Assembly (NCBI GenBank): GCA_964016885.1
Contig: OZ024741.1
Coordinates: forward strand, 49,042,001-49,106,000
Reading direction: 5' to 3'
Source of the DNA: Eledone cirrhosa
Lineage: Eukaryota
DNA: 64,000 nt
The notes below the pieces were generated by a model, which had not been told where the DNA came from, did no database searches, and saw nothing but the letters and a program-made list of their open reading frames with translations. A program made the position numbers and the translations under genes. Below are positions 44,801-58,170 of this stretch, piece after piece. How positions within the stretch are numbered: the first letter of the stretch is position 1; every line of letters begins with the position of its first letter.

Positions 44801-47800
44801 ATGTGGAGTTACTATACCAGTAGTAACTAGTCTAAACTAGATCTATTACTGTGATAATGTCGAGTTACTATACCAGTAGAAACTAGTCTATACTGGATAT
44901 ATTACTGTGTTAATGTGGCGTTACTATACTAGTAGTAACTAGTCTATACTAGATCTACTACTGTGATAATGTGGAGTTACTGTACCAGTAGTAACTAGTC
45001 TATACTAGATCTATTACTGTGATAATGTGGAATTACTATACCAGTAGTAACTAGTCTATAGTAGATCTATTACTGTGATAATGAAGAGTTACACTACCAT
45101 TAGTTACTAGTCTATACTAGATCTATTACTGTGATAATTTGGAGTTACTATACCAGTAGAAACTAGTCTATACTAGATCTATTACTGTGATAATGGGGAG
45201 TTACTATACCAGTAGTAACTAGGCTATACTAGATCTATTACTGTGATAATGAGGAGTTACACTACCAGTAGTAACTAGTCTATACTAGATCTATTACTGT
45301 GATAATGTGGAGTTACTATACAAGTAGTAACTAGTCTATACTAGATCTATTACTGTGATAATGTGGAGTTACTATACCAGTAGTAACTAGTCTATACTAG
45401 ATCTATTACTGTGATAATGGGGTGTTACTATACCAGTAGTAACTTGTCCATACTAGATCTATTACTGTGATAATGTGGAGTTACTATACCAGTAGTAACT
45501 AGTCTATACTAGATCTATTACTGTGATAATGAAGAGTTACTATACCAGTAGTAACTAGTCTATACTAGATCTATTACTGTGATAATGTGGAGTTACTATA
45601 CCAGTAGTAACTAGTCTATACTAGATCTATTACTGTGATAATGTGGAGTTACTGAACCAATAGTAACTAGTCTATACTAGATCTATTACTGTGATAATGG
45701 GGAGTTACTATACCAGTAGTAACTAGTCTATACTAGATCTATTACTGTGATAATGTGGAGTTACTATACCAGTAGTAACTAGTCTATTCTAGATCTATTA
45801 CTGTGATAATGGGGTGTTACTATACCAGTAGTAACTAGTCTATACTGGATCTATTACTGTGATAATGGGGAGTTACTATACCAGTAGTAACTAGTCTATA
45901 CTAGATCTATTACTGTGATAATGTGGAGTTACTATACCAGTAGTAACTAGTCTATACTAGATCTATTACTTTGATAATGGGGAGTTACTATACCAGTAGT
46001 AACTAGTCTATACTAGATCTATTACTGTGAGAATGGGGTGTTACTATACCAGTAGTAACTAGTCTATACTAGATCTATTACTGTGATAATGGGGAGTTAC
46101 TATACCAGTAGAAACTAGTCTGTAATAGATCTATTACTGTGATAATGGGGAGTTATTATACCAGTAGTAACTAGTCTATACTAGACCTATTACTGTGATA
46201 ATATGGAGTTAGACTACCATTAGTAACTAGTCTATACTAGATCTATTACTGTGATAACGTGGAGTTACTATACCAGTAGAAACTAGTCTATACTAGATCT
46301 ATTACTGTGATAATGTGGAGTTACTATACCAGTAGAAACTAGTTTATACTAGATCTATTACTGTGATAATGTGGAGTTACTATACCAGTAGTAACTAGTC
46401 TATTCTAGATCTATTACTGTGATAATGGGGAGTTACTATACCAGTAGTAACTAGTCTATAATAGATCTATTACTGTGATAATGGAGTGTTACTATACCAG
46501 TAGTAACTAGTCTATACTAGATCTATTACTGTGATAATGGGGAGTTACTCTACCAGTAGAAACTAGTCTATACTAGATCTATTACTGTGATAATGTGGAG
46601 TTACTATACCAGTAGAAACTAGTTTATACTAGATCTATTACTGTGATAATGTGGAGTTACTATACCAGTAGAAACTAGTCTATACTAGATCTATTACTGT
46701 GATAATGTGGAGTTACTATACCAGTAGAAACTAGTTTATACTAGATCTATTACTGTGATAATGTGGAGTTACTATACCAGTAGAAACTAGTCTATACTAG
46801 ATCTATTACTGTGATAATGTGGAGTTACTATACCAGTAGAAACTAGTTTATACTAGATCTATTACTGTGATAATGTGGAGTTACTATACCAGTAGTAACT
46901 AGTCTAAACTAGATCTATTACTGTGATAATGTCGAGTTACTATACCAGTAGAAACTAGTCTATACTGGATATATTACTGTGTTAATGTGGCGTTACTATA
47001 CTAGTAGTAACTAGTCTATACTAGATCTACTACTGTGATAATGTGGAGTTACTGTACCAGTAGTAACTAGTCTATACTAGATCTATTACTGTGATAATGT
47101 GGAATTACTATACCAGTAGTAACTAGTCTATAGTAGATCTATTACTGTGATAATGAAGAGTTACACTACCATTAGTTACTAGTCTATACTAGATCTATTA
47201 CTGTGATAATTTGGAGTTACTATACCAGTAGAAACTAGTCTATACTAGATCTATTACTGTGATAATGGGGAGTTACTATACCAGTAGTAACTAGGCTATA
47301 CTAGATCTATTACTGTGATAATGAGGAGTTACACTACCAGTAGTAACTAGTCTATACTAGATCTATTACTGTGATAATGTGGAGTTACTATACAAGTAGT
47401 AACTAGTCTATACTAGATCTATTACTGTGATAATGTGGAGTTACTATACCAGTAGTAACTAGTCTATACTAGATCTATTACTGTGATAATGGGGTGTTAC
47501 TATACCAGTAGTAACTTGTCCATACTAGATCTATTACTGTGATAATGTGGAGTTACTATACCAGTAGTAACTAGTCTATACTAGATCTATTACTGTGATA
47601 ATGAAGAGTTACTATACCAGTAGTAACTAGTCTATACTAGATCTATTACTGTGATAATGTGGAGTTACTATACCAGTAGTAACTAGTCTATACTAGATCT
47701 ATTACTGTGATAATGTGGAGTTACTGAACCAATAGTAACTAGTCTATACTAGATCTATTACTGTGATAATGGGGAGTTACTATACCAGTAGTAACTAGTC

Positions 47801-48463
47801 TATACTAGATCTATTACTGTGATAATGTGGAGTTACTATACCAGTAGTAACTAGTCTATTCTAGATCTATTACTGTGATAATGGGGTGTTACTATACCAG
47901 TAGTAACTAGTCTATACTGGATCTATTACTGTGATAATGGGGAGTTACTATACCAGTAGTAACTAGTCTATACTAGATCTATTACTGTGATAATGTGGAG
48001 TTACTATACCAGTAGTAACTAGTCTATACTAGATCTATTACTTTGATAATGGGGAGTTACTATACCAGTAGTAACTAGTCTATACTAGATCTATTACTGT
48101 GAGAATGGGGTGTTACTATACCAGTAGTAACTAGTCTATACTAGATCTATTACTGTGATAATGGGGAGTTACTATACCAGTAGAAACTAGTCTGTAATAG
48201 ATCTATTACTGTGATAATGGGGAGTTATTATACCAGTAGTAACTAGTCTATACTAGACCTATTACTGTGATAATATGGAGTTAGACTACCATTAGTAACT
48301 AGTCTATACTAGATCTATTACTGTGATAACGTGGAGTTACTATACCAGTAGAAACTAGTCTATACTAGATCTATTACTGTGATAATGTGGAGTTACTATA
48401 CCAGTAGAAACTAGTTTATACTAGATCTATTACTGTGATAATGTGGAGTTACTATACCAGTAG
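44333..48463. repeat. Near-identical tandem duplication, period 2,072 bp (37 monomers)
   Basis: Private variants at offset 2072: GGATAT 44895/46967, AACTTGTCCA 45441/47513, TGTAATAG 46121/48193. Confidence 0.9.
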
Positions 48464-51400
48464 AAACTAGTCTATACTAGATCTATTACTGTGATAATGT
48501 GGAGTTACTATACCAGTAGAAACTAGTTTACACTAGATCTATTACTGTGATAATGTGGAGTTACTATACCAGTAGTAACTAGTCTAAACTAGATCTATTA
48601 CTGTGATAATGTCGAGTTACTATACCAGTAGATACTAGTCTATACTGGATCTATTACTGTGTTAATGTGGATTTACTATACCAGTAGTAACTAGTCTATA
48701 GTAGATCTATTACTGTGATAATGAAGAGTTACACTACCATTAGTTACTAGTCTATACTAGATCTATTATTGTGATAATTTGGAGTTACTATACCAGTAGA
48801 AACTAGTCTATACTAGATCTATTACTGTGATAATGGGGAGTTGCTATACCAGTAGTAACTAGGCTATACTAGATCTATTACTGTGATAATGAGGAGTTAC
48901 ACTACCAGTAGTAACTAGTCTATACTAGATCTATTACTGTGATAATGTAGAGTTACTATACAAGTAGTAACTAGTCTATACTATCTCTATTACTGTGATA
49001 ATGTGGAGTTACTATACCAGTAGTAACTAGTCTATACTAGATCTATTACTGTGATAATGTGGAGTTACTGTACCAGTAGTAACTAGTCTATACTAGATCT
49101 ACAACTGGGATAATGTGGAATTACTATACCAGTAGTAACTAGTCTATACTAGATCTATTACTGTGATAATGGGGTGTTACTATACCAGTAGTAACTAGTC
49201 TATACTAGGTCTATTTCTGTGATAATGAAGAGTTACTATACCAGTAGTAACTAGTTTATACTAGATCTATTACTGTGATAATGTGGAGTTACTATACCAG
49301 TAGTAACTAGTCTATACTAGATCTATTACTGTGATAATGAAGAGTTACTATACCAGTAGTAACTAGTCTATACTAGATCTATTACTGTGATAATGTGGAG
49401 CTACTGTACCAGTAGTAACTAGTCTATACTAGATCTATTACTGTGATAATGTGGAGTTACTATACCAGTAGAAACTAGTCTATACTAGATCTACTTCTGT
49501 GATACTGTGGAGTTACTGTACCAGTAGTAACTAGTCTATACAAGATCTACAACTGGGATAATGTGGAGTTACTATACCAGTAGTAACTAGTCTATTCTAG
49601 ATCTATTACTGTGATAATGGGGAGTTACTATACCAGTAGAAACTTGTCTATAATAGATCTATTACTGTGTTAATATTGAGTTACACTACCAGTAGTAACT
49701 AGTCTATACTAGATCTATTTCTGTGATAATGAGGAGTTACTATACCAGTAGTAACTAGTCTATACTAGATCTATTACTGTGATAATGTGGAGTTACTATA
49801 CCAGTAGTAACTAGTCTATACTAGATCTATTACTGTGATAATGAGGAGTAACTATACCAGTAGTAACTAGTCTTTACTAGTTCTATTACTGTGATAATGT
49901 GGAGTTACTGTACCAGTAGTAACTAGTCTATATTAGATCTACGACTGTGATAATGAGGAGTTACTATACCAGTAGTAACTAGTCTATACTAGATCTATTA
50001 CTGTGACAATGAGGAGTAACTATACCAGTAGTAACTAGTCTATACTAGATCTATTACTGTGTAATGTGGAGTTACTGTACCAGTAGTAACTAGTCTATAT
50101 TAGATCTACGACTGTGATAATGAGGAGTTACTATACCAGTAGTAACTAGTCTATACTAGATCTATTACTGTGATAATGAAGAGTTACTATACCAGTAGTA
50201 ACTAGTCTATACTAGATCTATTACTGTGATAATGTGGAGTTACTATACCAGTAGTAACTAGTCTATACTAGATCTATTACTGTGATAATGAAGAGTTACT
50301 ATACCAGTAGTAACTAGTCTATACTAGATCTATTACTGTGATAATGTGGAGTTACTGAACCAATAGTAACTAGTCTATACTAGATCTATTACTGTGATAA
50401 TGGGGAGTTACTATACCAGTAGTAACTAGTCTATACTAGATCTATTACTGTGATAATGTGGAGTTACTATACCAGTAGTAACTAGTCTATTCTAGATCTA
50501 TTACTGTGATAATGGGGTGTTTCTATACCAGTAGTAACTAGTCTATACTGGATCTATTACTGTGATAATGGGGAGTTACTATACCAGTAGTAACTAGTCT
50601 ATACTAGATCTATTACTGTGATAATGTGGAGTTACTATACCAGTAGTAACTAGTCTATACTAGATCTATTACTTTGATAATGGGGAGTTACTATACCAGT
50701 AGTAACTAGTCTATACTAGATCTATTACTGTGAGAATGGGGTGTTACTATACCAGTAGTAACTAGTCTATACTAGATCTATTACTGTGATAATGGGGAGT
50801 TACTATACCAGTAGAAACTAGTCTATAATAGATCTATTACTGTGATAATGGGGAGTTATTATACCAGTAGTAACTAGTCTATACTAGACCTATTACTGTG
50901 ATAATATGGAGTTAGACTACCATTAGTAACTAGTCTATACTAGATCTATTACTGTGATAACGTGGAGTTACTATACCAGTAGAAACTAGTCTATACTAGA
51001 TCTATTACTGTGATAATGTGGAGTTACTATACCAGTAGAAACTAGTTTATACTAGATCTATTACTGTGATAATGTGGAGTTACTATACCGGTAGAAACTA
51101 GTCTATACTAGATCTATTACTGTGATAATGTGGAGTTACTATACCAGTAGAAACTAGTTTACACTAGATCTATTACTGTGATAATGTGGAGTTACTATAC
51201 CAGTAGTAACTAGTCTAAACTAGATCTATTACTGTGATAATGTCGAGTTACTATACCAGTAGAAACTAGTCTATACTGGATCTATTACTGTGTTAATGTG
51301 GATTTACTATACCAGTAGTAACTAGTCTATAGTAGATCTATTACTGTGATAATGAAGAGTTACACTACCATTAGTTACTAGTCTATACTAGATCTATTAT

Positions 51401-52122
51401 TGTGATAATTTGGAGTTACTATACCAGTAGAAACTAGTCTATACTAGATCTATTACTGTGATAATGAGGAGTTACACTACCAGTAGTAACTAGTCTATAC
51501 TAGATCTATTACTGTGATAATGTGGAGTTACTATACAAGTAGTAACTAGTCTATACTAGATCTATTACTGTGATAATGTGGAGTTACTATACCAGTAGTA
51601 ACTAGTCTATACTAGATCTATTACTGTGATAATGTGGAGTTACTGTACCAGTAGTAACTAGTCTATACTAGATCTACAACTGGGATAATGTGGAGTTACT
51701 ATACCAGTAGTAACTAGTCTATACTAGATCTACAACTGGGATAATGTGGAGTTACTATACCAGTAGTAACTAGTCTATTCTAGATCTATTACTGTGATAA
51801 TGGGGAGTAACTATACCAGTAGAAACTTGTCTATAATAGATCTATTACTGTGTTAATATTGAGTTACACTACCAGTAGTAACTAGTCTATACTAGATCTA
51901 TTTCTGTGATAATGAGGAGTAACTATACCTGTAGTAACTAGTCTATACTAGATCTATTACTGTGATAATGTGGAGTTACTGTACCAGTAGTAACTAGTCT
52001 ATATTAGATCTACGACTGTGATAATGAGGAGTTACTATACCAATAGTAACTAGTCTATACTAGATCTATTACTGTGATAATGAAGAGTTACTATACCAGT
52101 AGTAACTAGTCTATAATAGATC

Positions 52123-55100
52123 TATTACTGTGATAATGGGGAGTTATTATACCAGTAGTAACTAGTCTATACTAGACCTATTACTGTGATAATATGGAGT
52201 TAGACTACCATTAGTAACTAGTCTATACTAGATCTATTACTGTGATAACGTGGAGTTACTATACCAGTAGAAACTAGTCTATACTAGATCTATTACTGTG
52301 ATAATGGGGAGTTACTATACCAGTAGAAACTAGTCTATAATAGATCTATTACTGTGATAATGGGGAGTTATTATACCAGTAGTAACTAGTCTATACTAGA
52401 CCTATTACTGTGATAATATGGAGTTAGACTACCATTAGTAACTAGTCTATACTAGATCTATTACTGTGATAACGTGGAGTTACTATACCAGTAGAAACTA
52501 GTCTATACTAGATCTATTACTGTGATAATGTGGAGTTACTATACCAGTAGAAACTAGTTTATACTAGATCTATTACTGTGATAATGTGGAGTTACTATAC
52601 CGGTAGAAACTAGTCTATACTAGATCTATTACTGTGATAATGTGGAGTTACTATACCAGTAGAAACTAGTTTACACTAGATCTATTACTGTGATAATGTG
52701 GAGTTACTATACCAGTAGTAACTAGTCTAAACTAGATCTATTACTGTGATAATGTCGAGTTACTATACCAGTAGAAACTAGTCTATACTAGATCTATTAC
52801 TGTGTTAATGTGGATTTACTATACCAGTAGTAACTAGTCTATAGTAGATCTATTACTGTGATAATGAAGAGTTACACTACCATTAGTTACTAGTCTATAC
52901 TAGATCTATTATTGTGATAATTTGGAGTTACTATACCAGTAGAAACTAGTCTATACTAGATCTATTACTGTGATAATGGGGAGTTGCTATACCAGTAGTA
53001 ACTAGGCTATACTAGATCTATTACTGTGATAATGAGGTGTTACACTACCAGTAGTAACTAGTCTATACTAGATCTATTACTGTGATAATGTGGAGTTACT
53101 GTACCAGTAGTAACTAGTCTATACTAGATCTACAACTGGGATAATGTGGAGTTACTATACCAGTAGTAACTAGTCTATACTAGATCTATTACTGTGATAA
53201 TGGGGTGTTACTATACCAGTAGTAACTAGTCTATACTAGGTCTATTTCTGTGATAATGAAGAGTTACTATACCAGTAGTAACTAGTTTATACTAGATCTA
53301 TTACTGTGATAATGTGGAGTTACTATACCAGTAGTAACTAGTCTATACTAGATCTATTACCGTGATAATGAAGAGTTACTATACCAGTAGTAACTAGTCT
53401 ATACTAGATCTATTACTGTGATAATGTGGAGCTACTGTACCAGTAGTAACTAGTCTATACTAGATCTATTACTGTGATAATGTGGAGTTACTATACCAGT
53501 AGAAACTAGTCTATACTAGATCTACTTCTGTGATACTGTGGAGTTACTGTACCAGTAGTAACTAGTCTATACTAGATCTACAACTGGGATAATGTGGAGT
53601 TACTATACCAGTAGTAACTAGTCTATTCTAGATCTATTACTGTGATAATGGGGAGTTACTATATCAGTAGAAACTTGTCTATAATAGATCTATTACTGTG
53701 TTAATATTGAGTTACACTACCAGTAGTAACTAGTCTATACTAGATCTATTTCTGTGATAATGAGGAGTTACTATACCAGTAGTAACTAGTCTATACTAGA
53801 TCTATTACTGTGATAATGTGGAGTTACTATACCAGTAGTAACTACTCTATACTAGATCTATTACTGTGATAATGAGGAGTAACTATACCAGTAGTAACTA
53901 GTCTATACTAGATCTATTACTGTGATAATGTGGAGTTACTGTACCAGTAGTAACTAGTCTATATTAGATCTACGACTGTGATAATGAGGAGTTACTATAC
54001 CAATAGTAACTAGTCTATACTAGATCTATTACTGTGATAATGAAGAGTTAATATACCAGTAGTAACTAGTCTATACTAGATCTATTACTGTGATAATGTG
54101 GAGTTACTATACCTGTAGTAACTAGTCTATACTAGATCTATTACTGTGATAATGTGGAGTTACTGTACCAATAGTAACTAGTCTATACTAGATCTATTAC
54201 TGTGATAATGGGGAGTTACTATACCAGTAGTAACTAGTCTATACTAGATCTATTACTGTGATAATGTGGAGTTACTATACCAGTAGTAACTAGTCTATTC
54301 TAGATCTATTACTGTGATAATGGGGTGTTACTATACCAGTAGAAACTAGTCTATACTGGATCTATTACTGTGATAATGGGGAGTTACTATACCAGTAGTA
54401 ACTAGTCTATACTAGATCTGTTACTGTGATAATGTGGAGTTACTATACCAGTAGTAACTAGTCTATACTAGATCTATTACTTTGATAATGGGTAGTTACT
54501 ATACCAGTAGTAACTAGTCTATACTAGATCTATTACTGTGAGAATGGGGTGTTACTATACCAGTAGAAACTAGTCCATACTAGATCTATTACTGTGATAG
54601 TGGGGAGTTACTATACCAGTAGAAACTAGTCTATAATAGATCTATTACTGTGATAATGGGGAGTTATTATACCAGTAGTAACTAGTCTATACTAGATCTA
54701 TTACTGTGATAATGGGGAGTTACTATACCAGTAGAAACTAGTCTATACTAGATCTATTACTGTGATAATGTGGAGTTACACTACCAGTAGTAACTAGTCT
54801 ATACTAGATCTACTTCTGTGATACTGTGGAATTACTGTACCAGTAGTAACTAGTCTATACTAGATCTACAACTGGGATAATGTGGAGTTACTATACCAGT
54901 AGTAACTAGTCTATTCTAGATCTATTACTGTGATAATGGGGAGTTACTATACCAGTAGAAACTTGTCTATAATAGATCTATTACTGTGTTAATATTGAGT
55001 TACACTACCAGTAGTAACTAGTCTATACTAGATCTATTTCTGTGATAATGAGGAGTTACTATACCAGTAGTAACTAGTCTATACTAGATCTATTACTGTG

Positions 55101-58100
55101 ATAATGTGGAGTTACTATACCAGTAGTAACTAGTCTATACTAGATCTATTACTGTGATAATGAGGAGTAACTATACCTGTAGTAACTAGTCTATACTAGA
55201 TCTATTACTGTGATAATGTGGAGTTACTGTACCAGTAGTAACTAGTCTATATTAGATCTACGACTGTGATAATGAGGAGTTACTATACCAATAGTAACTA
55301 GTCTATACTAGATCTATTACTGTGATAATGAAGAGTTACTATACCAGTAGTAACTAGTCTATACTAGATCTATTACTGTGATAATGGGGAGTTATTATAC
55401 CAGTAGTAACTAGTCTATACTAGACCTATTACTGTGATAATATGGAGTTAGACTACCATTAGTAACTAGTCTATACTAGATCTATTACTGTGATAACGTG
55501 GAGTTACTATACCAGTAGAAACTAGTCTACACTAGATCTATTACTGTGATAATGGGGAGTTACTATACCAGTAGAAACTAGTCTATAATAGATCTATTAC
55601 TGTGATAATGGGGAGTTATTATACCAGTAGTAACTAGTCTATACTAGACCTATTACTGTGATAATATGGAGTTAGACTACCATTAGTAACTAGTCTATAC
55701 TAGATCTATTACTGTGATAACGTGGAGTTACTATACCAGTAGAAACTAGTCTATACTAGATCTATTACTGTGATAATGTGGAGTTACTATACCAATAGAA
55801 ACTAGTTTATACTAGATCTATTACTGTGATAATGTGGAGTTACTATACCGGTAGAAACTAGTCTATACTAGATCTATTACTGTGATAATGTGGAGTTACT
55901 ATACCAGTAGAAACTAGTTTACACTAGATCTATTACTGTGATAATGTGGAGTTACTATACCAGTAGTAACTAGTCTAAACTAGATCTATTACTGTGATAA
56001 TGTCGAGTTACTATACCAGTAGAAACTAGTCTATACTAGATCTATTACTGTGTTAATGTGGATTTACTATACCAGTAGTAACTAGTCTATAGTAGATCTA
56101 TTACTGTGATAATGAAGAGTTACACTACCATTAGTTACTAGTCTATACTAGATCTATTATTGTGATAATTTGGAGTTACTATACCAGTAGAAACTAGTCT
56201 ATACTAGATCTATTACTGTGATAATGGGGAGTTGCTATACCAGTAGTAACTAGGCTATACTAGATCTATTACTGTGATAATGAGGAGTTACACTACCAGT
56301 AGTAACTAGTCTATACTAGATCTATTACTGTGATAATGTGGAGTTACTATACAAGTAGTAACTAGTCTATAATAGATCTATTACTGTGATAATGTGGAGT
56401 TACTATACCAGTAGTAACTAGTCTATACTAGATCTATTACTGTGATAATGTGGAGTTACTGTACCAGTAGTAACTAGTCTATACTAGATCTACAACTGGG
56501 ATAATGTGGAGTTACTATACCAGTAGTAACTAGTCTATACTAGATCTCTTACTGTGATAATGGGGTGTTACTATACCAGTAGTAACTAGTCTATACTAGG
56601 TCTATTTCTGTGATAATGAAGAGTTACTATACCAGTAGTAACTAGTTTATACTAGATCTATTACTGTGATAATGTGGAGTTACTATACCAGTAGTAACTA
56701 GTCTATACTAGATCTATTACCGTGATAATGAAGAGTTAATATACCAGTAGTAACTAGTCTATACTAGATCTATTACTGTGATAATGTGGAGCTACTGTAC
56801 CAGTAGTAACTAGTCTATACTAGATCTATTACTGTGATAATGTGGAGTTACTATACCAGTAGAAACTAGTCTATACTAGATCTACTTCTGTGATACTGTG
56901 GAGTTACTGTACCAGTAGTAACTAGTCTATACTAGATCTACAACTGGGATAATGTGGAGTTACTATACCAGTAGTAACTAGTCTATTCTAGATCTATTAC
57001 TGTGATAATGGGGAGTTACTATATCAGTAGAAACTTGTCTATAATAGATCTATTACTGTGTTAATATTGAGTTACACTACCAGTAGTAACTAGTCTATAC
57101 TAGATCTATTTCTGTGATAATGAGGAGTTACTATACCAGTAGTAACTAGTCTATACTAGATCTATTACTGTGATAATGTGGAGTTACTATACCAGTAGTA
57201 ACTAGTCTATACTAGATCTATTACTGTCATAATGAGGAGTAACTATACCAGTAGTAACTAGTCTATACTAGATCTATTACTGTGATAATGTGGAGTTACT
57301 GTACCAGTAGTAACTAGTCTATATTAGATCTACGACTGTGATAATGAGGAGTTACTATACCAATAGTAACTAGTCTATACTAGATCTATTACTGTGATAA
57401 TGAAGAGTTACTATACCAGTAGTAACTAGTCTATACTAGATCTATTACTGTGATAATGTGGAGTTACTATACCTGTAGTAACTAGTCTATACTAGATCTA
57501 TTACTGTGATAATGTGGAGTTACTGTACCAATAGTAACTAGTCTATACTAGATCTATTACTGTGATAATGGGGAGTTACTATACCAGTAGTAACTAGTCT
57601 ATACTAGATCTATTACTGTGATAATGTGGAGTTACTATACCAGTAGTAACTAGTCTATTCTAGATCTATTACTGTGATAATGGGGTGTTACTATACCAGT
57701 AGAAACTAGTCTATACTGGATCTATTACTGTGATAATGGGGAGTTACTATACCAGTAGTAACTAGTCTATACTAGATCTGTTACTGTGATAATGTGGAGT
57801 TACTATACCAGTAGTAACTAGTCTATACTAGATCTATTACTTTGATAATGGGTAGTTACTATACCAGTAGTAACTAGTCTATACTAGATCTATTACTGTG
57901 AGAATGGGGTGTTACTATACCAGTAGAAACTAGTCCATACTAGATCTATTACTGTGATAGTGGGGAGTTACTATACCAGTAGAAACTAGTCTATAATAGA
58001 TCTATTACTGTGATAATGGGGAGTTATTATACCAGTAGTAACTAGTCTATACTAGATCTATTACTGTGATAATGGGGAGTTACTATACCAGTAGAAACTA

Positions 58101-58170
58101 GTCTATACTAGATCTATTACTGTGATAATGTGGAGTTACACTACCAGTAGTAACTAGTCTATACTAGATC
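52123..58170. repeat. Imperfect tandem duplication, period 3,248-3,360 bp (58-60 monomers)
   Basis: CGGTAG 52601/55849 and landmarks 52851/56099 are at offset 3248. CGTGATA 53361/56721, ATATCAG 53661/57021 and TTTG..GGTAG 54481/57841 are at offset 3360. Confidence 0.8.
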
